Shown: in pieces, positions 48,152 through 58,200 of the stretch
How positions within the stretch are numbered: the first letter of the stretch is position 1
How the letters are laid out: every line of letters starts with the position of its first letter
DNA from: Acidimicrobiales bacterium
GTDB lineage: Bacteria; Actinomycetota; Acidimicrobiia; Acidimicrobiales; Bin134
Direction: 5' to 3'
DNA: 64,000 nucleotides
NCBI GenBank assembly: GCA_965208785.1
Contig: OZ242356.1
Span: forward strand, 1,538,929 to 1,602,928
The notes under the pieces: model-generated
The model's input: the letters and a program-made list of their open reading frames with translations, nothing else
Databases searched by the model: none
What the model was told of the DNA's origin: nothing
Made by a program: the position numbers and the translations under genes

Positions 48152-51100
48152 GTGTTCTTGAAGGCGTTGACCCTCAAGGGGTTCAAATCCTTTGCCGATC
48201 CCACCACGCTGGTCTTCGAACCGGGCGTCACGGTGATTGTGGGCCCGAACGGCAGCGGCAAGTCCAACGTGGTGGATGCGGTGGCCTGGGCCTTGGGCGC
48301 CCAGGCACCCACTGCGGTGCGGTCGGCCAAGATGGACGATGTCATCTTCGCGGGAACCGCCTCCCGGCCGGGCCTGGGTCGGGCCGAGGTGTCGCTGAGC
48401 ATCGACAACAACGCCCGCATCCTGCCCATCGAGTTCGAAGAGGTCACCATCACCCGCACGCTGTTCCGCAGCGGGGACAGCACCTACGCCATCAACGGGG
48501 TGCCCTGTCGCCTGCTTGACATCCAAGAACTGCTGAGCGACACCGGCGTCGGCCGCCAACAGCATGTGATCGTCTCCCAGCGCCAGATCGAGGCAGTGTT
48601 GAGTGCCAGGCCCGAGGACCGCCGGGCGGTGATCGAGGAGGCCGCAGGCGTGCTGAAGTATCGCCGCCGCAAGGAGAAGTCCGAACGGCGGCTGGCGGCG
48701 ACCGAGGCCAACCTCACGCGGCTGTCCGATGTGGTGCGGGAGATCCGCCGCCAGCTTCGGCCGCTGGAGCGCCAAGCAGAGGCTGCTCGCCGCCACGGGG
48801 GCCTGCTGGCTGAGTTGAGCAGCCTTCGCCGGTATCTGGCTGGACAGGAGATACAGCAGTTTCGCCGCCGGGTTGGCCAGCTCACCCAGGACCAGGCCGC
48901 GAATCGCCGGGAGATGCAGCAGCTCTCATCGCGGGTAGAGGCATTGGACCGAGACCTGGCCGCGGCCGAAGCTCGGCTGTCAGCCGCAGATGGCCAGGAC
49001 ATCGGCGAGGCTCTGATGCGGTTCGAAGGGCTCAACGAGCGCCTTCGGGGCTTGGATGCGCTGTTGTCGGAGCGGCGTCTGCGCTTGCAGCGCGACCGCA
49101 GCGCCGGAGTGGACGAAGACGTGGTGGCCACGCTGGAAGCCGAGTCAAACCGACTGGGCCGGGAGTTGGACGAGGTGGAGGCCGAGTCGGCCGCCTTGGC
49201 GCCCGACGCCGCCGAGGTTGCCGATGCCGAACAGCAGCTCGAGCAGCTCCGGCTGTCGTTCGATGAGCAGTGGGGTGGCCAAGCCCTGCCTGCTTCCGGG
49301 TCGGATGCCCCCCGGTTGAGGGGTGAGATGAGGGCATTGGAGGCATCGATCCTGCGAGACCAGGCCGAGGCAGACCGGCTGGGCCGGAGCCTGGGGGATT
49401 TGGAGTCGCGCCGCCAGGAGTCGGTTGAGGCGTTGGACCGGGCATGGGCTGAGGCCGCTGATGCCGAGACGGCCCACGAGATTCGCCGGCAGGAGCTCGC
49501 GGTCGCCGAGCAGCGATGCGAAAAGGCCCGGGAAGAACGGGAGCGGGCGAGGGCCGATCGTGCCGATGCCGGCGGAGACCACAAGGCGTGGGAGGCACGG
49601 CGAGAGGCGCTTTCGTTGGCGCTGGACGAGGCACGCGACCGATCCGGTGCTCAGCGGCTGGCCGGCATCGAGGGCGTGGTCGGCACCCTGCTGGAGGTTG
49701 TGGACATAGACCGGGGCTGGGAGGCGGCCTTTGAAGCAGCGGCCGGGGAAGCGGTGGCCGCGGTGGTGGCCACCGACACCGAGGTCGCCATGCGGGCCAT
49801 CGCCACGCTCGAGGCCGACAGCGTTGGCGGTGCGGTGCTGGCGTTGGGCGGGTCGGGAGCGCATCCTTCGGTGCCGGCCCTGGGCGCGATGGGTGCGCCG
49901 ATGCCGGCGCCGGCGGCCGGCGATCCCCTTCGTCCCCATGTGCGCTCTTCGATGGCCGGCGTGGATCGCCTGCTGGATGCCTTGGTGGGCCGGGTCGGGG
50001 TGGTGGACACCAGCGAGCAGGCGGCGGCGGCAGCAGTCGCCGATCCGTCCGCAGTGGTTGTCACCCGCCGGGGTGACCGGTTTTCGCCGTGGGGTTGGAG
50101 GGTTGGCGTCCGCCATTCTGGGGCCACGAAGGGATTGCTCGAGGAGGCTGAGCGGGAGTCGGCCCGGGCAGCCCAACGGGCTGACGCCGCGGAGCGCGAA
50201 CAGCGCTTGGCAGACGGCCGGCTGGAGCAGGCAGTGCAGGACGCGGACGGTGCTCGACAAGCCGCTCAGGCGCAGGCTGGAGCGGTGTCCAGCGCCCGGA
50301 GTCGGGCGGATGCGGAGGGTCGGAGGCTGCGGGACACTGAGGTGGAGATCGCCGCACTCGGCCCCCGCCGGGGCGAATTGGAGAACAAGATCGCCGAAGA
50401 TCGCCGTCGGGCTGGCGATTTGCGCCAAGAGCTGCCCCAGCACGAAGCCCGGGAGGCGGAGGAGCTTGAGCACGCCGAGAGCATGAGTCGAGCCCGCGAC
50501 GATCTGTCGCAGCGGTCGCAGGCGGTGAGCAGCCGTCGCTCCGATCTCCGGATAAAGGCTGCTGGGCTGGAGGAGAGGCGCCGTTTGCTGGCCGCTCAGC
50601 GCGGCGATGTCGAGCGGCGGCTGAGTCGGATGGCTGAAGCCCGCGTTGAGGCTGCATCCCGTCGAGAGGCCCTTGACATGCGCCTGGCTGTTGTCGACGA
50701 GCTGGCCGACTGGGCGGCCGGCAGGCTTGAAGCGGTGGGCGAGAAGCTTGAAGACCTGCGCCGTCGGCGGGCTGAGGAATCGCAAGCGGCTGCCGCGGCT
50801 GCTCGACAGCTTGAGGACCTGCGAGGCCAGCGGGCTCAAGCAGAGGCCAGGCTGGGGCACTGCCAGGAGCGGGACCGCAGCGCGGAGATCGAGTTGGCTG
50901 AGGCGGGCATCAGGCTGGAGGCCTCGATCGACCGCTGCCGTCGGGAGTTGGACTGCGAACCCGGTGAAGCAGCATCTGCCGAATGCCCGCCCCTGGCGCC
51001 GGGCGTCGCCCCCGTCGACCGGATAAGGGCATTGGAGCAAGAGCTGCGCATCATGGGGCCGGTGAACCCGTTGGCGTTGGATGAGTACGAGGCTCTGTTG

Positions 51101-51682
51101 GAGCGCCACGACTTCACGCAAGGCCAGATTGACGACATCCGCCAGAGTCGCCGGGAGCTCCGCAAGGTGATCCGCAAGATCGACGAGGAGATTGTGAGCG
51201 TGTTCTCGGCCGCGTTTGCCGATGTGGAGCGCAACTTCGCCGGTCTGTTCCAGACGCTGTTTCCCGGCGGCGAGGGCAGGTTGCGGCTCACCCAACCCGA
51301 TGCGCTGCTCGACGCCGGAGTGGAGATCGAGGCCCGGCCATCGGGCAAGAACATCCGACGCCTGAGCCTCTTGTCGGGAGGGGAGCGCTCCCTCACCGCG
51401 CTCGCCTTTCTGTTCGCGGTGTTCCGCAGCCGACCGTCGCCGTTCTATGTCATGGACGAGGTGGAGGCTGCGCTCGACGACATAAATCTGCACCGCTTTC
51501 TCCATCTCGTCGACGAGTTTCGTGCCGATGCCCAACTGCTGATCGTGAGCCACCAGAAGCGCACCATGGAGGCAGCCGACTGCCTCTACGGCGTGTCGAT
51601 GAAGCCGGGGGGAAGCTCCAAGGTGCTTTCCGAGAGAGTGGTGGTAGCCTCGGCGCCGAAGGTACTTCTCGAACAGAGCTGA
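48152..51682 (+). CDS. smc: Chromosome partition protein SMC
   Basis: FLKALTLKGFKSFA...GPNGSGKSN head, long coiled coils, a hinge, and the C-terminal LSGGERSLTALAFLFA signature. 1176 aa. Confidence 0.95.
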   Translation: MFLKALTLKGFKSFADPTTLVFEPGVTVIVGPNGSGKSNVVDAVAWALGAQAPTAVRSAKMDDVIFAGTASRPGLGRAEVSLSIDNNARILPIEFEEVTITRTLFRSGDSTYAINGVPCRLLDIQELLSDTGVGRQQHVIVSQRQIEAVLSARPEDRRAVIEEAAGVLKYRRRKEKSERRLAATEANLTRLSDVVREIRRQLRPLERQAEAARRHGGLLAELSSLRRYLAGQEIQQFRRRVGQLTQDQAANRREMQQLSSRVEALDRDLAAAEARLSAADGQDIGEALMRFEGLNERLRGLDALLSERRLRLQRDRSAGVDEDVVATLEAESNRLGRELDEVEAESAALAPDAAEVADAEQQLEQLRLSFDEQWGGQALPASGSDAPRLRGEMRALEASILRDQAEADRLGRSLGDLESRRQESVEALDRAWAEAADAETAHEIRRQELAVAEQRCEKAREERERARADRADAGGDHKAWEARREALSLALDEARDRSGAQRLAGIEGVVGTLLEVVDIDRGWEAAFEAAAGEAVAAVVATDTEVAMRAIATLEADSVGGAVLALGGSGAHPSVPALGAMGAPMPAPAAGDPLRPHVRSSMAGVDRLLDALVGRVGVVDTSEQAAAAAVADPSAVVVTRRGDRFSPWGWRVGVRHSGATKGLLEEAERESARAAQRADAAEREQRLADGRLEQAVQDADGARQAAQAQAGAVSSARSRADAEGRRLRDTEVEIAALGPRRGELENKIAEDRRRAGDLRQELPQHEAREAEELEHAESMSRARDDLSQRSQAVSSRRSDLRIKAAGLEERRRLLAAQRGDVERRLSRMAEARVEAASRREALDMRLAVVDELADWAAGRLEAVGEKLEDLRRRRAEESQAAAAAARQLEDLRGQRAQAEARLGHCQERDRSAEIELAEAGIRLEASIDRCRRELDCEPGEAASAECPPLAPGVAPVDRIRALEQELRIMGPVNPLALDEYEALLERHDFTQGQIDDIRQSRRELRKVIRKIDEEIVSVFSAAFADVERNFAGLFQTLFPGGEGRLRLTQPDALLDAGVEIEARPSGKNIRRLSLLSGGERSLTALAFLFAVFRSRPSPFYVMDEVEAALDDINLHRFLHLVDEFRADAQLLIVSHQKRTMEAADCLYGVSMKPGGSSKVLSERVVVASAPKVLLEQS

Positions 51683-51698
51683 GGACTCAGCGCACACG

Positions 51699-53114
51699 AT
51701 GAGCAACGAGCCCGACGATCCCCGGTCGGAGTGGGATCCCCTAGGGTGGGAACTGGAAGGCCCAGCCGAGCAATCCAGCGACTTGCCGGTGCCCCGCGCG
51801 GTGGAAGTCACCGCTTGGGCGCCGCCCGAGCCGCCACCGCCCCCCCCTCGAAATCCCTCTGCATCCATGTTGGCGGCATCGGTTCTGCTGGCCGTTTTCG
51901 GGCTGGTGGGCATCGGCATCGGTGTCGGCAGCGTCTTCTTCAACCAAGACGCCCCTCCCCCCGAGGTTGTGGTGGTCTCCGGGCCGCAAGTGGTGAGCGC
52001 CCCTCCAGGCCAGGCGCCGGCTATCCAAGCCCCGCTGGTTGTGCCGCCCGCGGTTCAGTTGCCATCGGATCAACCCACCGGTTCGGTGGTTCCCATCGAT
52101 CCCGTTGTGGAGGTGGCCCGCGCCGTCATCCCCTCGGTGGTGCTCATCGAGGCGATCGCCGATGGGCAGGAATCCGATATTCCCGAATTGGATCCGCCGG
52201 AAACAGGCCCCGAGGGCGAGCTTCCGCCCGGGAATGAACAGGGGCCACCCGCAGAACTACCTGATGGCCTTGAGGATCGGCCAAGGATCATAGGACAGGG
52301 GTCGGGGATCATCTACGACATCTCCGGCCACATCCTCACCAATGCCCATGTAGTCGGTGAGGCCGAGGCGGTGAGGGTGCAGTTTGCCGACGGCACCCGG
52401 GCCGAGGGCACGGTGGTGGGCGCCGCACCGGCTATCGATGTCGCCTTGGTGAAGGTTGACACCGACAGGGCGCTCACGCCGGCAGTGTTCGCCGACCGGT
52501 CAACCATCGAGGTGGGGCAGCTTGCAGTGGCGGTGGGCAGCCCCTTCGGGTTGCAGCAGTCGGTTACCTCGGGAATTGTCAGCGCCGTCGGACGGGCGGT
52601 TCGAGAGGGAAGGGGCGACGGCGCCTTTGTCGAGATGATCCAAACCGATGCGCCCATCAACCCCGGCAATTCGGGTGGCGCCTTGGCCAACCGCTTCGGC
52701 CAGGTCATCGGCATGAACACCCTGATCCAAACCGACGGTTCGCTAGGCAACATCGGTTTGGGCTTCGCCATCCCCTCTGACATCGCCTTGAACATCGCCC
52801 AGCGCATCTTGGCTGGGGGGAGCACGGAGCTGGGTTTTCTCGGCGTTTCGGGGACCGATCCGGAGATGGGCCATCCCGGCGCCCTGGTACTGGAGGTGCA
52901 TGACGACACTCCCGCCGATCGTGCCGGGTTGCAGGTTGGCGACTTGATCGTGCTCATCGACGACGAGGTGGTGTCGACGTTCACCGAACTGGCCGCCAAG
53001 GTTCAGTTCCGGGCACCGGGGACCGAGGTGGAATTGGAGGTGGTGCGCGACGACGAGCACATCGCGCTCACCGTGGTCATTGGTGCTCTGCCCGACCAGG
53101 AGCCTGAGGAATAG
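51699..53114 (+). CDS. htrA: Membrane-anchored HtrA/DegP-type trypsin-like serine protease with PDZ domain
   Basis: One TM helix after a Pro-rich N-terminus. Catalytic motifs TNAHVV and TDAPINPGNSGGAL. The C-terminal PDZ includes GLQVGDLIVLID. Confidence 0.85.
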   Translation: MSNEPDDPRSEWDPLGWELEGPAEQSSDLPVPRAVEVTAWAPPEPPPPPPRNPSASMLAASVLLAVFGLVGIGIGVGSVFFNQDAPPPEVVVVSGPQVVSAPPGQAPAIQAPLVVPPAVQLPSDQPTGSVVPIDPVVEVARAVIPSVVLIEAIADGQESDIPELDPPETGPEGELPPGNEQGPPAELPDGLEDRPRIIGQGSGIIYDISGHILTNAHVVGEAEAVRVQFADGTRAEGTVVGAAPAIDVALVKVDTDRALTPAVFADRSTIEVGQLAVAVGSPFGLQQSVTSGIVSAVGRAVREGRGDGAFVEMIQTDAPINPGNSGGALANRFGQVIGMNTLIQTDGSLGNIGLGFAIPSDIALNIAQRILAGGSTELGFLGVSGTDPEMGHPGALVLEVHDDTPADRAGLQVGDLIVLIDDEVVSTFTELAAKVQFRAPGTEVELEVVRDDEHIALTVVIGALPDQEPEE

Positions 53115-54202
53115 TGGTGCTGCGCCGTCGGCGAAAAAGGAATGGGCAGGCAATTGCTGAGCCGGAAGCCGAACTTCCTGTTGGATCGGAGGTTGGTTCG
53201 GCACCAGTTGGCGAGCAGAACGAGTCTGAGCCGGAAACCGAACTTCCTGTTGGATCGGAGGTTGGTTCGGCACCAGTTGGCGAGCAGAACGAGTCTGAGC
53301 CGGAAACCGAGAGGGCCAGCTTCCGGAACCGGCTGGCCACGGCACGGGGCACGTTCTCGGGGTTTCTGGCGTCGGTGGCCTCCCGGGGAGTCGACGAAGC
53401 CACCTGGGAGGAGTTGGAAGACGCCTTGGTGCTGGCTGATGCCGGTGTCGGCACTGCGGCCTCCGTTTTGGATCGGTTGAAGGAACGGGCAAAAGCCGAC
53501 AAGATCACCGATCCCGAGGCGCTGGTGGCCATGCTCAAATCCCAGTTGGCTGAGAACCTCGGAGGTCGTGATCTGGAATTGGGCACCGACGGCAGTCCTG
53601 CTGTGTGGCTGTTCGTGGGCGTGAACGGGGTGGGGAAGACCACCACCATCGGCAAGCTGGCTGCTCGGGAGGTGCGCTCCGGGCGAAAGGTGGTGCTGGC
53701 GGCGGGCGACACTTTTCGAGCGGCGGCAGCCGAGCAGCTGGGCATGTGGGCCGACCGGTCGGGCGCCGAGTTGATTCGGGGTGCTGAGGGTGCCGATCCC
53801 AGCTCGGTCATCTACGACGCCATCGAGCATGCCGCGTCGGCAGGAGTGCCGCTGGTCATGGCCGACACCGCTGGTCGCCTGCATTCTCGCACCAACCTTA
53901 TGGACGAGCTGGCCAAGATCTACCGGGTGGCCGGCAAAGGGCCGGGCAGGGTCGCCGAGGTGCTGTTGGTAATCGACGCCACCACCGGCCAGAACGGCCT
54001 CGCCCAGGCCCGCCGGTTCACCGAGTCGGCGGAGCTGACCGGCGTCGTGCTCACCAAGCTCGACGGGTCGGCCAAGGGCGGCATTGTGATGGCAGTGCAG
54101 AATGAGCTGGACATCCCGGTGAAGTTGGTGGGCCTCGGGGAGGGGCTCGACGACCTGGTGGAATTCGATGCCGCCGAGTTCGCCGAAGCCCTTCTCGCCT
54201 AA
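53114..54202 (+). CDS. ftsY: Signal recognition particle receptor FtsY
   Basis: Acidic repeat N-terminus followed by an NG domain with GVNGVGKTTTIGKLA, DTAGR and TKLDGSAKGG. Confidence 0.9.
   Translation: MVLRRRRKRNGQAIAEPEAELPVGSEVGSAPVGEQNESEPETELPVGSEVGSAPVGEQNESEPETERASFRNRLATARGTFSGFLASVASRGVDEATWEELEDALVLADAGVGTAASVLDRLKERAKADKITDPEALVAMLKSQLAENLGGRDLELGTDGSPAVWLFVGVNGVGKTTTIGKLAAREVRSGRKVVLAAGDTFRAAAAEQLGMWADRSGAELIRGAEGADPSSVIYDAIEHAASAGVPLVMADTAGRLHSRTNLMDELAKIYRVAGKGPGRVAEVLLVIDATTGQNGLAQARRFTESAELTGVVLTKLDGSAKGGIVMAVQNELDIPVKLVGLGEGLDDLVEFDAAEFAEALLA
53159..53310 (+). repeat. In-frame 69-bp tandem repeat, 2.2 copies (68/69 identity), in the FtsY acidic N-terminal region
   Basis: Units start at 53159, 53228 and 53297 and encode EPE(A/T)ELPVGSEVGSAPVGEQNES. 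Confidence 0.95.
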
Positions 54203-54249
54203 CCTGTCGATGCTCGAAATCCAAGCTGGGCCACTAGGCTAGGCAGCCC

Positions 54250-55728
54250 ATGTTCGACACGCTGAGCAATCGGTTCGAGGGCATCTTCAAGCGTTTGCGC
54301 GGCTTGGGGACACTGCGGGAGGGCGATGTCGACGAGGTGCTGCGGGAGATCCGCCTCGCCCTGCTCGATGCCGACGTCAACCTCCACGTGGTCCGCGGCT
54401 TCCAGGACAGAGTCCGCGAGCGGTGCGTGGGCGCCGAGGTCCACAAGGCGCTGGATCCAGTCCAGCAGGTGATCAAGTTCGTCCACGAGGAGCTGGTTGC
54501 CACCCTGGGCGGCGAGACCCTGGAGATATCCCATCCGGCCAAACCCCCCACGGTGGTGCTGTTGGCCGGGCTTCAGGGCTCGGGCAAGACCACCAACGCG
54601 GCCAAGCTGGCCTCCTGGTTCAAGCAGCAGGGCCGCAACCCCATGCTGGTGGGCGCCGATTTGCAGCGTCCGGCAGCGGTAGAGCAGCTCCGCACCCTTG
54701 GCGCGGCCATCGGGGTTCCGGTGTTCAGCGAGCCATCCGATCCGATTGCCGCGGCCAAGCGCGGTGTGGCCGAGGCCGCGGCCTCCGGCCGGGATGTGGT
54801 TGTCTGCGACACCGCCGGGCGGCTGGCCATCGACGACGAGATGATGGAGCAGGTCGGGCGGATATCCGATGCCATCGAGCCCCACTACACCTTCTTGGTG
54901 GTCGATGCCATGACCGGCCAGGACGCGGTGGCCACGGCCCAGTCGTTTCATGCCGTTCTCGAACTCGACGGGGTGATCCTCACCAAGGTGGACGGGGACG
55001 CCCGGGGGGGCGCGGCGCTGTCGGTGAAAGAGGTGGTGGGCCGGCCGATCGCCTTCTCCTCCACCGGCGAGAAGATCGACGAGTTCGAGTTGTTCCACCC
55101 CGACCGGGTGGCCAGCCGGATTCTCGGCATGGGCGATGTGCTCACCCTCATCGAGAAGGCCGAGCAGGTGTACGAGGAGGCCGAGGCGGAAGCGGCCGCG
55201 GCCAAGCTGCTGGAGGGCGAGTTCACGCTGGAGGACTTCTTGGAGCAGATGCGCCAGCTCAAGAAGATGGGCTCGCTCCAAAACCTGGTGGGGATGCTCC
55301 CCGGCGCCACCCCCGAGTTGCGCGAAGCTGAGATCGAAGACGAGCAGATCGCCCAAGTGGAGGCCATCATCTGCTCGATGACCCCACAAGAGCGGGCTGC
55401 CCCCCGCATCATCGACGGCTCTCGCCGTCAGCGGATCGCCGCCGGTTCGGGCACCCGCCCCTCTGAGGTCTCCCAGCTTCTGCGGCAGTTCAGCGAAGTC
55501 CAGCGGATGATGAAGAGAATGGGCGGCGGCAAGGGGCCCGGCGCCGGTCGAAAGAAGTCCAAGAAGGGCCGAAGGGGAAGTCGGGTGACTCCGCCGGGCG
55601 GCCGGCAGAGGGGAAGTCGGGTGACTCCGCCGGGCGGCGGGCAGGGAAAGCCGGGAAAGCCGGGAAAGCCCAAGCTGGCTTTGCCGGGCTTGGAAGACGG
55701 TCCGTTCGATCTCTCCTCCCTGAGGTAG
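54250..55728 (+). CDS. ffh: Signal recognition particle protein Ffh
   Basis: GLQGSGKTTNAAKLA, DTAGR and TKVDGDARGGAALS motifs, a Met-rich M domain, and a basic repeat tail. Confidence 0.95.
   Translation: MFDTLSNRFEGIFKRLRGLGTLREGDVDEVLREIRLALLDADVNLHVVRGFQDRVRERCVGAEVHKALDPVQQVIKFVHEELVATLGGETLEISHPAKPPTVVLLAGLQGSGKTTNAAKLASWFKQQGRNPMLVGADLQRPAAVEQLRTLGAAIGVPVFSEPSDPIAAAKRGVAEAAASGRDVVVCDTAGRLAIDDEMMEQVGRISDAIEPHYTFLVVDAMTGQDAVATAQSFHAVLELDGVILTKVDGDARGGAALSVKEVVGRPIAFSSTGEKIDEFELFHPDRVASRILGMGDVLTLIEKAEQVYEEAEAEAAAAKLLEGEFTLEDFLEQMRQLKKMGSLQNLVGMLPGATPELREAEIEDEQIAQVEAIICSMTPQERAAPRIIDGSRRQRIAAGSGTRPSEVSQLLRQFSEVQRMMKRMGGGKGPGAGRKKSKKGRRGSRVTPPGGRQRGSRVTPPGGGQGKPGKPGKPKLALPGLEDGPFDLSSLR
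55574..55645 (+). repeat. In-frame 36-bp tandem duplication in the Ffh C-terminal tail
   Basis: A 29-nt perfect core at 55574-55602 and 55610-55638 encodes GSRVTPPGG(R/G)Q(R/G) twice. Confidence 0.95.
55644..55670 (+). repeat. (gggaaagcc)x3 microsatellite encoding GKPGKPGKP
   Basis: Three perfect 9-nt units read directly. Confidence 0.95.
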
Positions 55729-55866
55729 CCCGCAGGGATTTTCGGCGGGTAGAGTTTCCCTGTTCCGGCGGCTGGCGCCGGTTCGTGCCTGCACGGGTAC
55801 TGATGAGGGGCCGATTGGGCTTAGGACGACCAATGGACCCGAGATGACAGAAGGGCTGACTGGCTC

Positions 55867-56232
55867 GTGGCAGTAAGACTCCGGCTGATGCGGATGGGCA
55901 AGAAGAAGCAGCCCACCTACCGCGTGGTGGCCGCTGATTCCCGCAAGGCCCGCAATGGGCGGTTCATCGAGATCTTGGGCACCTACAACCCACGCCAGGA
56001 GCCGTCGCTGATTGAAATCGACAACGAGCGAGCGCTGCACTGGCTGCGCCATGGCGCCCAGCCGAGCGATCGAGTGCAAAAGCTCCTGGTCATCTCCGGG
56101 GCGTGGGCGGAGTTCACCGGTGGTGGAGGGCCGGCCCCGGTGGCCGATCAGCGCCCTGCGGTAGTGACCACGGCCGCCTCAGCCGAAGACCTAGAGCAAG
56201 ACATCGAGAAAATCGAGGGTGGAGAATCATGA
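55867..56232 (+). CDS. rpsP: 30S ribosomal protein S16 with C-terminal extension
   Basis: AVRLRLMRMGKKKQPTYRVVAADSRKARNGRFIEILGTYNP. GTG start. Confidence 0.9.
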   Translation: MAVRLRLMRMGKKKQPTYRVVAADSRKARNGRFIEILGTYNPRQEPSLIEIDNERALHWLRHGAQPSDRVQKLLVISGAWAEFTGGGGPAPVADQRPAVVTTAASAEDLEQDIEKIEGGES

Positions 56233-56564
56233 GCGACGCCGACTTGGGCTTTGAAGACGAGGAGTACGAGGACAGCGACTACGACGATGATTTCGACGAG
56301 CACGGCGACATCAACACCATCGAGGTTCCAACTGCCCGCAATGTTCTGGAATATCTGGTGAAGTCGGTGGTGGAGAACCCCGACGAGGTAAAGATCGAGG
56401 TGGTAGAGCGACAGGGGTCGGTGGCGCTGGAGGTGACGGTGGCCGAAGGCGACATGGGCCGGGTGATCGGCCGCCGCGGTCGAGTCGCCAACTCGATCCG
56501 CACCATCGTGCGGGCCGCAGCCAGCAAAGACGGCAGCTTCGTCGACGTCGAGTTTGTCGACTGA
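56229..56564 (+). CDS. KH-domain RNA-binding protein (YlqC-like) with acidic N-terminal extension
   Basis: GRVIGRRGRVANSIRTIV is a KH GxxG motif. ATG 56229 overlaps the rpsP stop (ATGA). Confidence 0.8.
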   Translation: MSDADLGFEDEEYEDSDYDDDFDEHGDINTIEVPTARNVLEYLVKSVVENPDEVKIEVVERQGSVALEVTVAEGDMGRVIGRRGRVANSIRTIVRAAASKDGSFVDVEFVD

Positions 56565-57051
56565 CCGTTCGAGAGCGCCGAGCGTGCCTCCTCTGCTGGA
56601 GGTCGGCCGTATCGACCGGGCTCATGGAATCCGGGGGGAGACGGTGGTCACACTGTGGACCAATCGCTCCGAGCGGCTTGAGGCTGGGTCGGTGCTCTGC
56701 GCCGAATCTGGTTCGCTCACGGTGGTCGAGGCTCGAGCCTTCCAACGGCGCTGGATTGTGCGGTTCGCCGAGGTCGGCGACCGGAGCATGGCTGAATCCC
56801 TGCGGGGGCAAGTGCTCAGGGCCGAGCCCATCTCCGATCCCGACGAGCTGTGGGTCCATGACCTGATCGGGATGATGGTGCGCGAGGCCGATGGCACGGA
56901 AAGGGGCCGGGTTGAGGCGGTGCAGGCAAACCCGGCCAGCGATCTTCTGGTGTTGGAATCGGGGGCCCTTGTGCCCCTGGCCTTTCTGGTGGGGCAGGCG
57001 GAGGACCGCTTGATAGTGGAAGCGCCAGACGGCCTCTTCGACACCGTGTGA
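56554..57051 (+). CDS. rimM: Ribosome maturation factor RimM
   Basis: LLEVGRIDRAHGIRGE N-terminus and a PRC-barrel C-terminus. The start is TTG 56554 or GTG 56584. Confidence 0.85.
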   Translation: MSTDRSRAPSVPPLLEVGRIDRAHGIRGETVVTLWTNRSERLEAGSVLCAESGSLTVVEARAFQRRWIVRFAEVGDRSMAESLRGQVLRAEPISDPDELWVHDLIGMMVREADGTERGRVEAVQANPASDLLVLESGALVPLAFLVGQAEDRLIVEAPDGLFDTV

Positions 57052-57058
57052 GGAGCAC

Positions 57059-57781
57059 ATGAGAGTCGACGTCTTCACCATTTTTCCCTCGATGCTCGAG
57101 GCGTTCTTGGACTGCGGGGTGATCGGAAGGTCGATTGAGCAGGGCTTGGTGTCGGTGCGGGTCCACGATCTAAGAATGGGCGCGGGCGATCCCCACCGCT
57201 CAGTAGACGATTCGCCTTTTGGGGGCGGTGCGGGGATGGTGATGATGCCAGAGCCTTTGTTCAACGCCGTTGAACAGGAGGATCACCCGCGGCCTCTTTT
57301 TCTGCTGGGTCCCGGTGGACGCCGATTCGATCAGGCCACTGCCCGGGAATTGACCGAGGCAGACGGGTTCTCCTTGCTGTGCGGCCGCTATGAGGGGGTG
57401 GATCAGCGAGTGGGGGACCACTTGGTCGACGGTGAGCTGTCGTTGGGAGATTTTGTCATGGCTGGCGGCGAAGTCGCAGCGATGGCGATCATCGAGGCTG
57501 TGGGAAGGCTGGTTCCCGGCGTTCTGGGCAACGAGATGTCGGCTGCCGAAGAGTCGTTCAGCGATGGTCTGTTGGAGTATCCCCACTACACCCGTCCTGC
57601 GGAGTTCCGGGGTTGGCCGGTACCCGAGGTGCTGCGTTCCGGCGATCATGGTCGTGTGGATCGCTGGCGAAGGGCTCAGTCGCTCGCCCGAACGGCGGCC
57701 TTGCGGCCCGACCTCATCGAAGCCCGCGGGGGCGTCACCGCCGAAGAGCGTGCCCTGCTGGAAGAGTTCGGCCTCGTCTGA
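57059..57781 (+). CDS. trmD: tRNA (guanine37-N1)-methyltransferase
   Basis: VDVFTIFP...GRYEGVDQR...SLGDFVMAGGE...LLEYPHYTRP. Confidence 0.9.
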   Translation: MRVDVFTIFPSMLEAFLDCGVIGRSIEQGLVSVRVHDLRMGAGDPHRSVDDSPFGGGAGMVMMPEPLFNAVEQEDHPRPLFLLGPGGRRFDQATARELTEADGFSLLCGRYEGVDQRVGDHLVDGELSLGDFVMAGGEVAAMAIIEAVGRLVPGVLGNEMSAAEESFSDGLLEYPHYTRPAEFRGWPVPEVLRSGDHGRVDRWRRAQSLARTAALRPDLIEARGGVTAEERALLEEFGLV

Positions 57782-57855
57782 TCAACGCGGGTATGATTGC
57801 CCCTTGCGCCCCTAGAGCCTGAGTTGGGCGCTGAAGTACTCACAAGAGGCGTGCT

Positions 57856-58200
57856 ATGAACCCCACCGACATCGTTGACCGCGGCACCAGGCGAACCGAC
57901 ATTCCGGAGTTCAGCCCGGGCGACACGGTGAAGGTGCATGTTCGCGTGGTGGAGGGCAGCCGCGAGCGGGTTCAGGTTTTCGAGGGTGTGGTCATCCGCC
58001 GCCAGGGCAGCGGGATACGCGAGACCTTCACCGTTCGAAAAGTGAGTTTCGGGGTGGGAGTGGAGCGAACATTTCCGATCCATTCACCCATTATCGCCAA
58101 GGTGGAGGTTGGATCCCGCGGCGATGTACGCCGGGCCAAGCTCTATTACCTGCGCGATCGCATCGGCCGAGCTGCCCGCGTCAAGGAGAAGCGCTTCTAG
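57856..58200 (+). CDS. rplS: 50S ribosomal protein L19
   Basis: [33 protein letters not shown]...[14 protein letters not shown]. Confidence 0.95.
   Translation: MNPTDIVDRGTRRTDIPEFSPGDTVKVHVRVVEGSRERVQVFEGVVIRRQGSGIRETFTVRKVSFGVGVERTFPIHSPIIAKVEVGSRGDVRRAKLYYLRDRIGRAARVKEKRF

Noticed and set aside
55729-55866. The 138-nt ffh-rpsP spacer, the 74-nt trmD-rplS spacer and the 128-nt leader of rpsB (63676-63803), considered as ribosomal-protein leaders or riboswitches.
   Set aside because: I recognise no conserved structure or motif by eye. They would need covariance-model scanning (Rfam), so no RNA feature is claimed.
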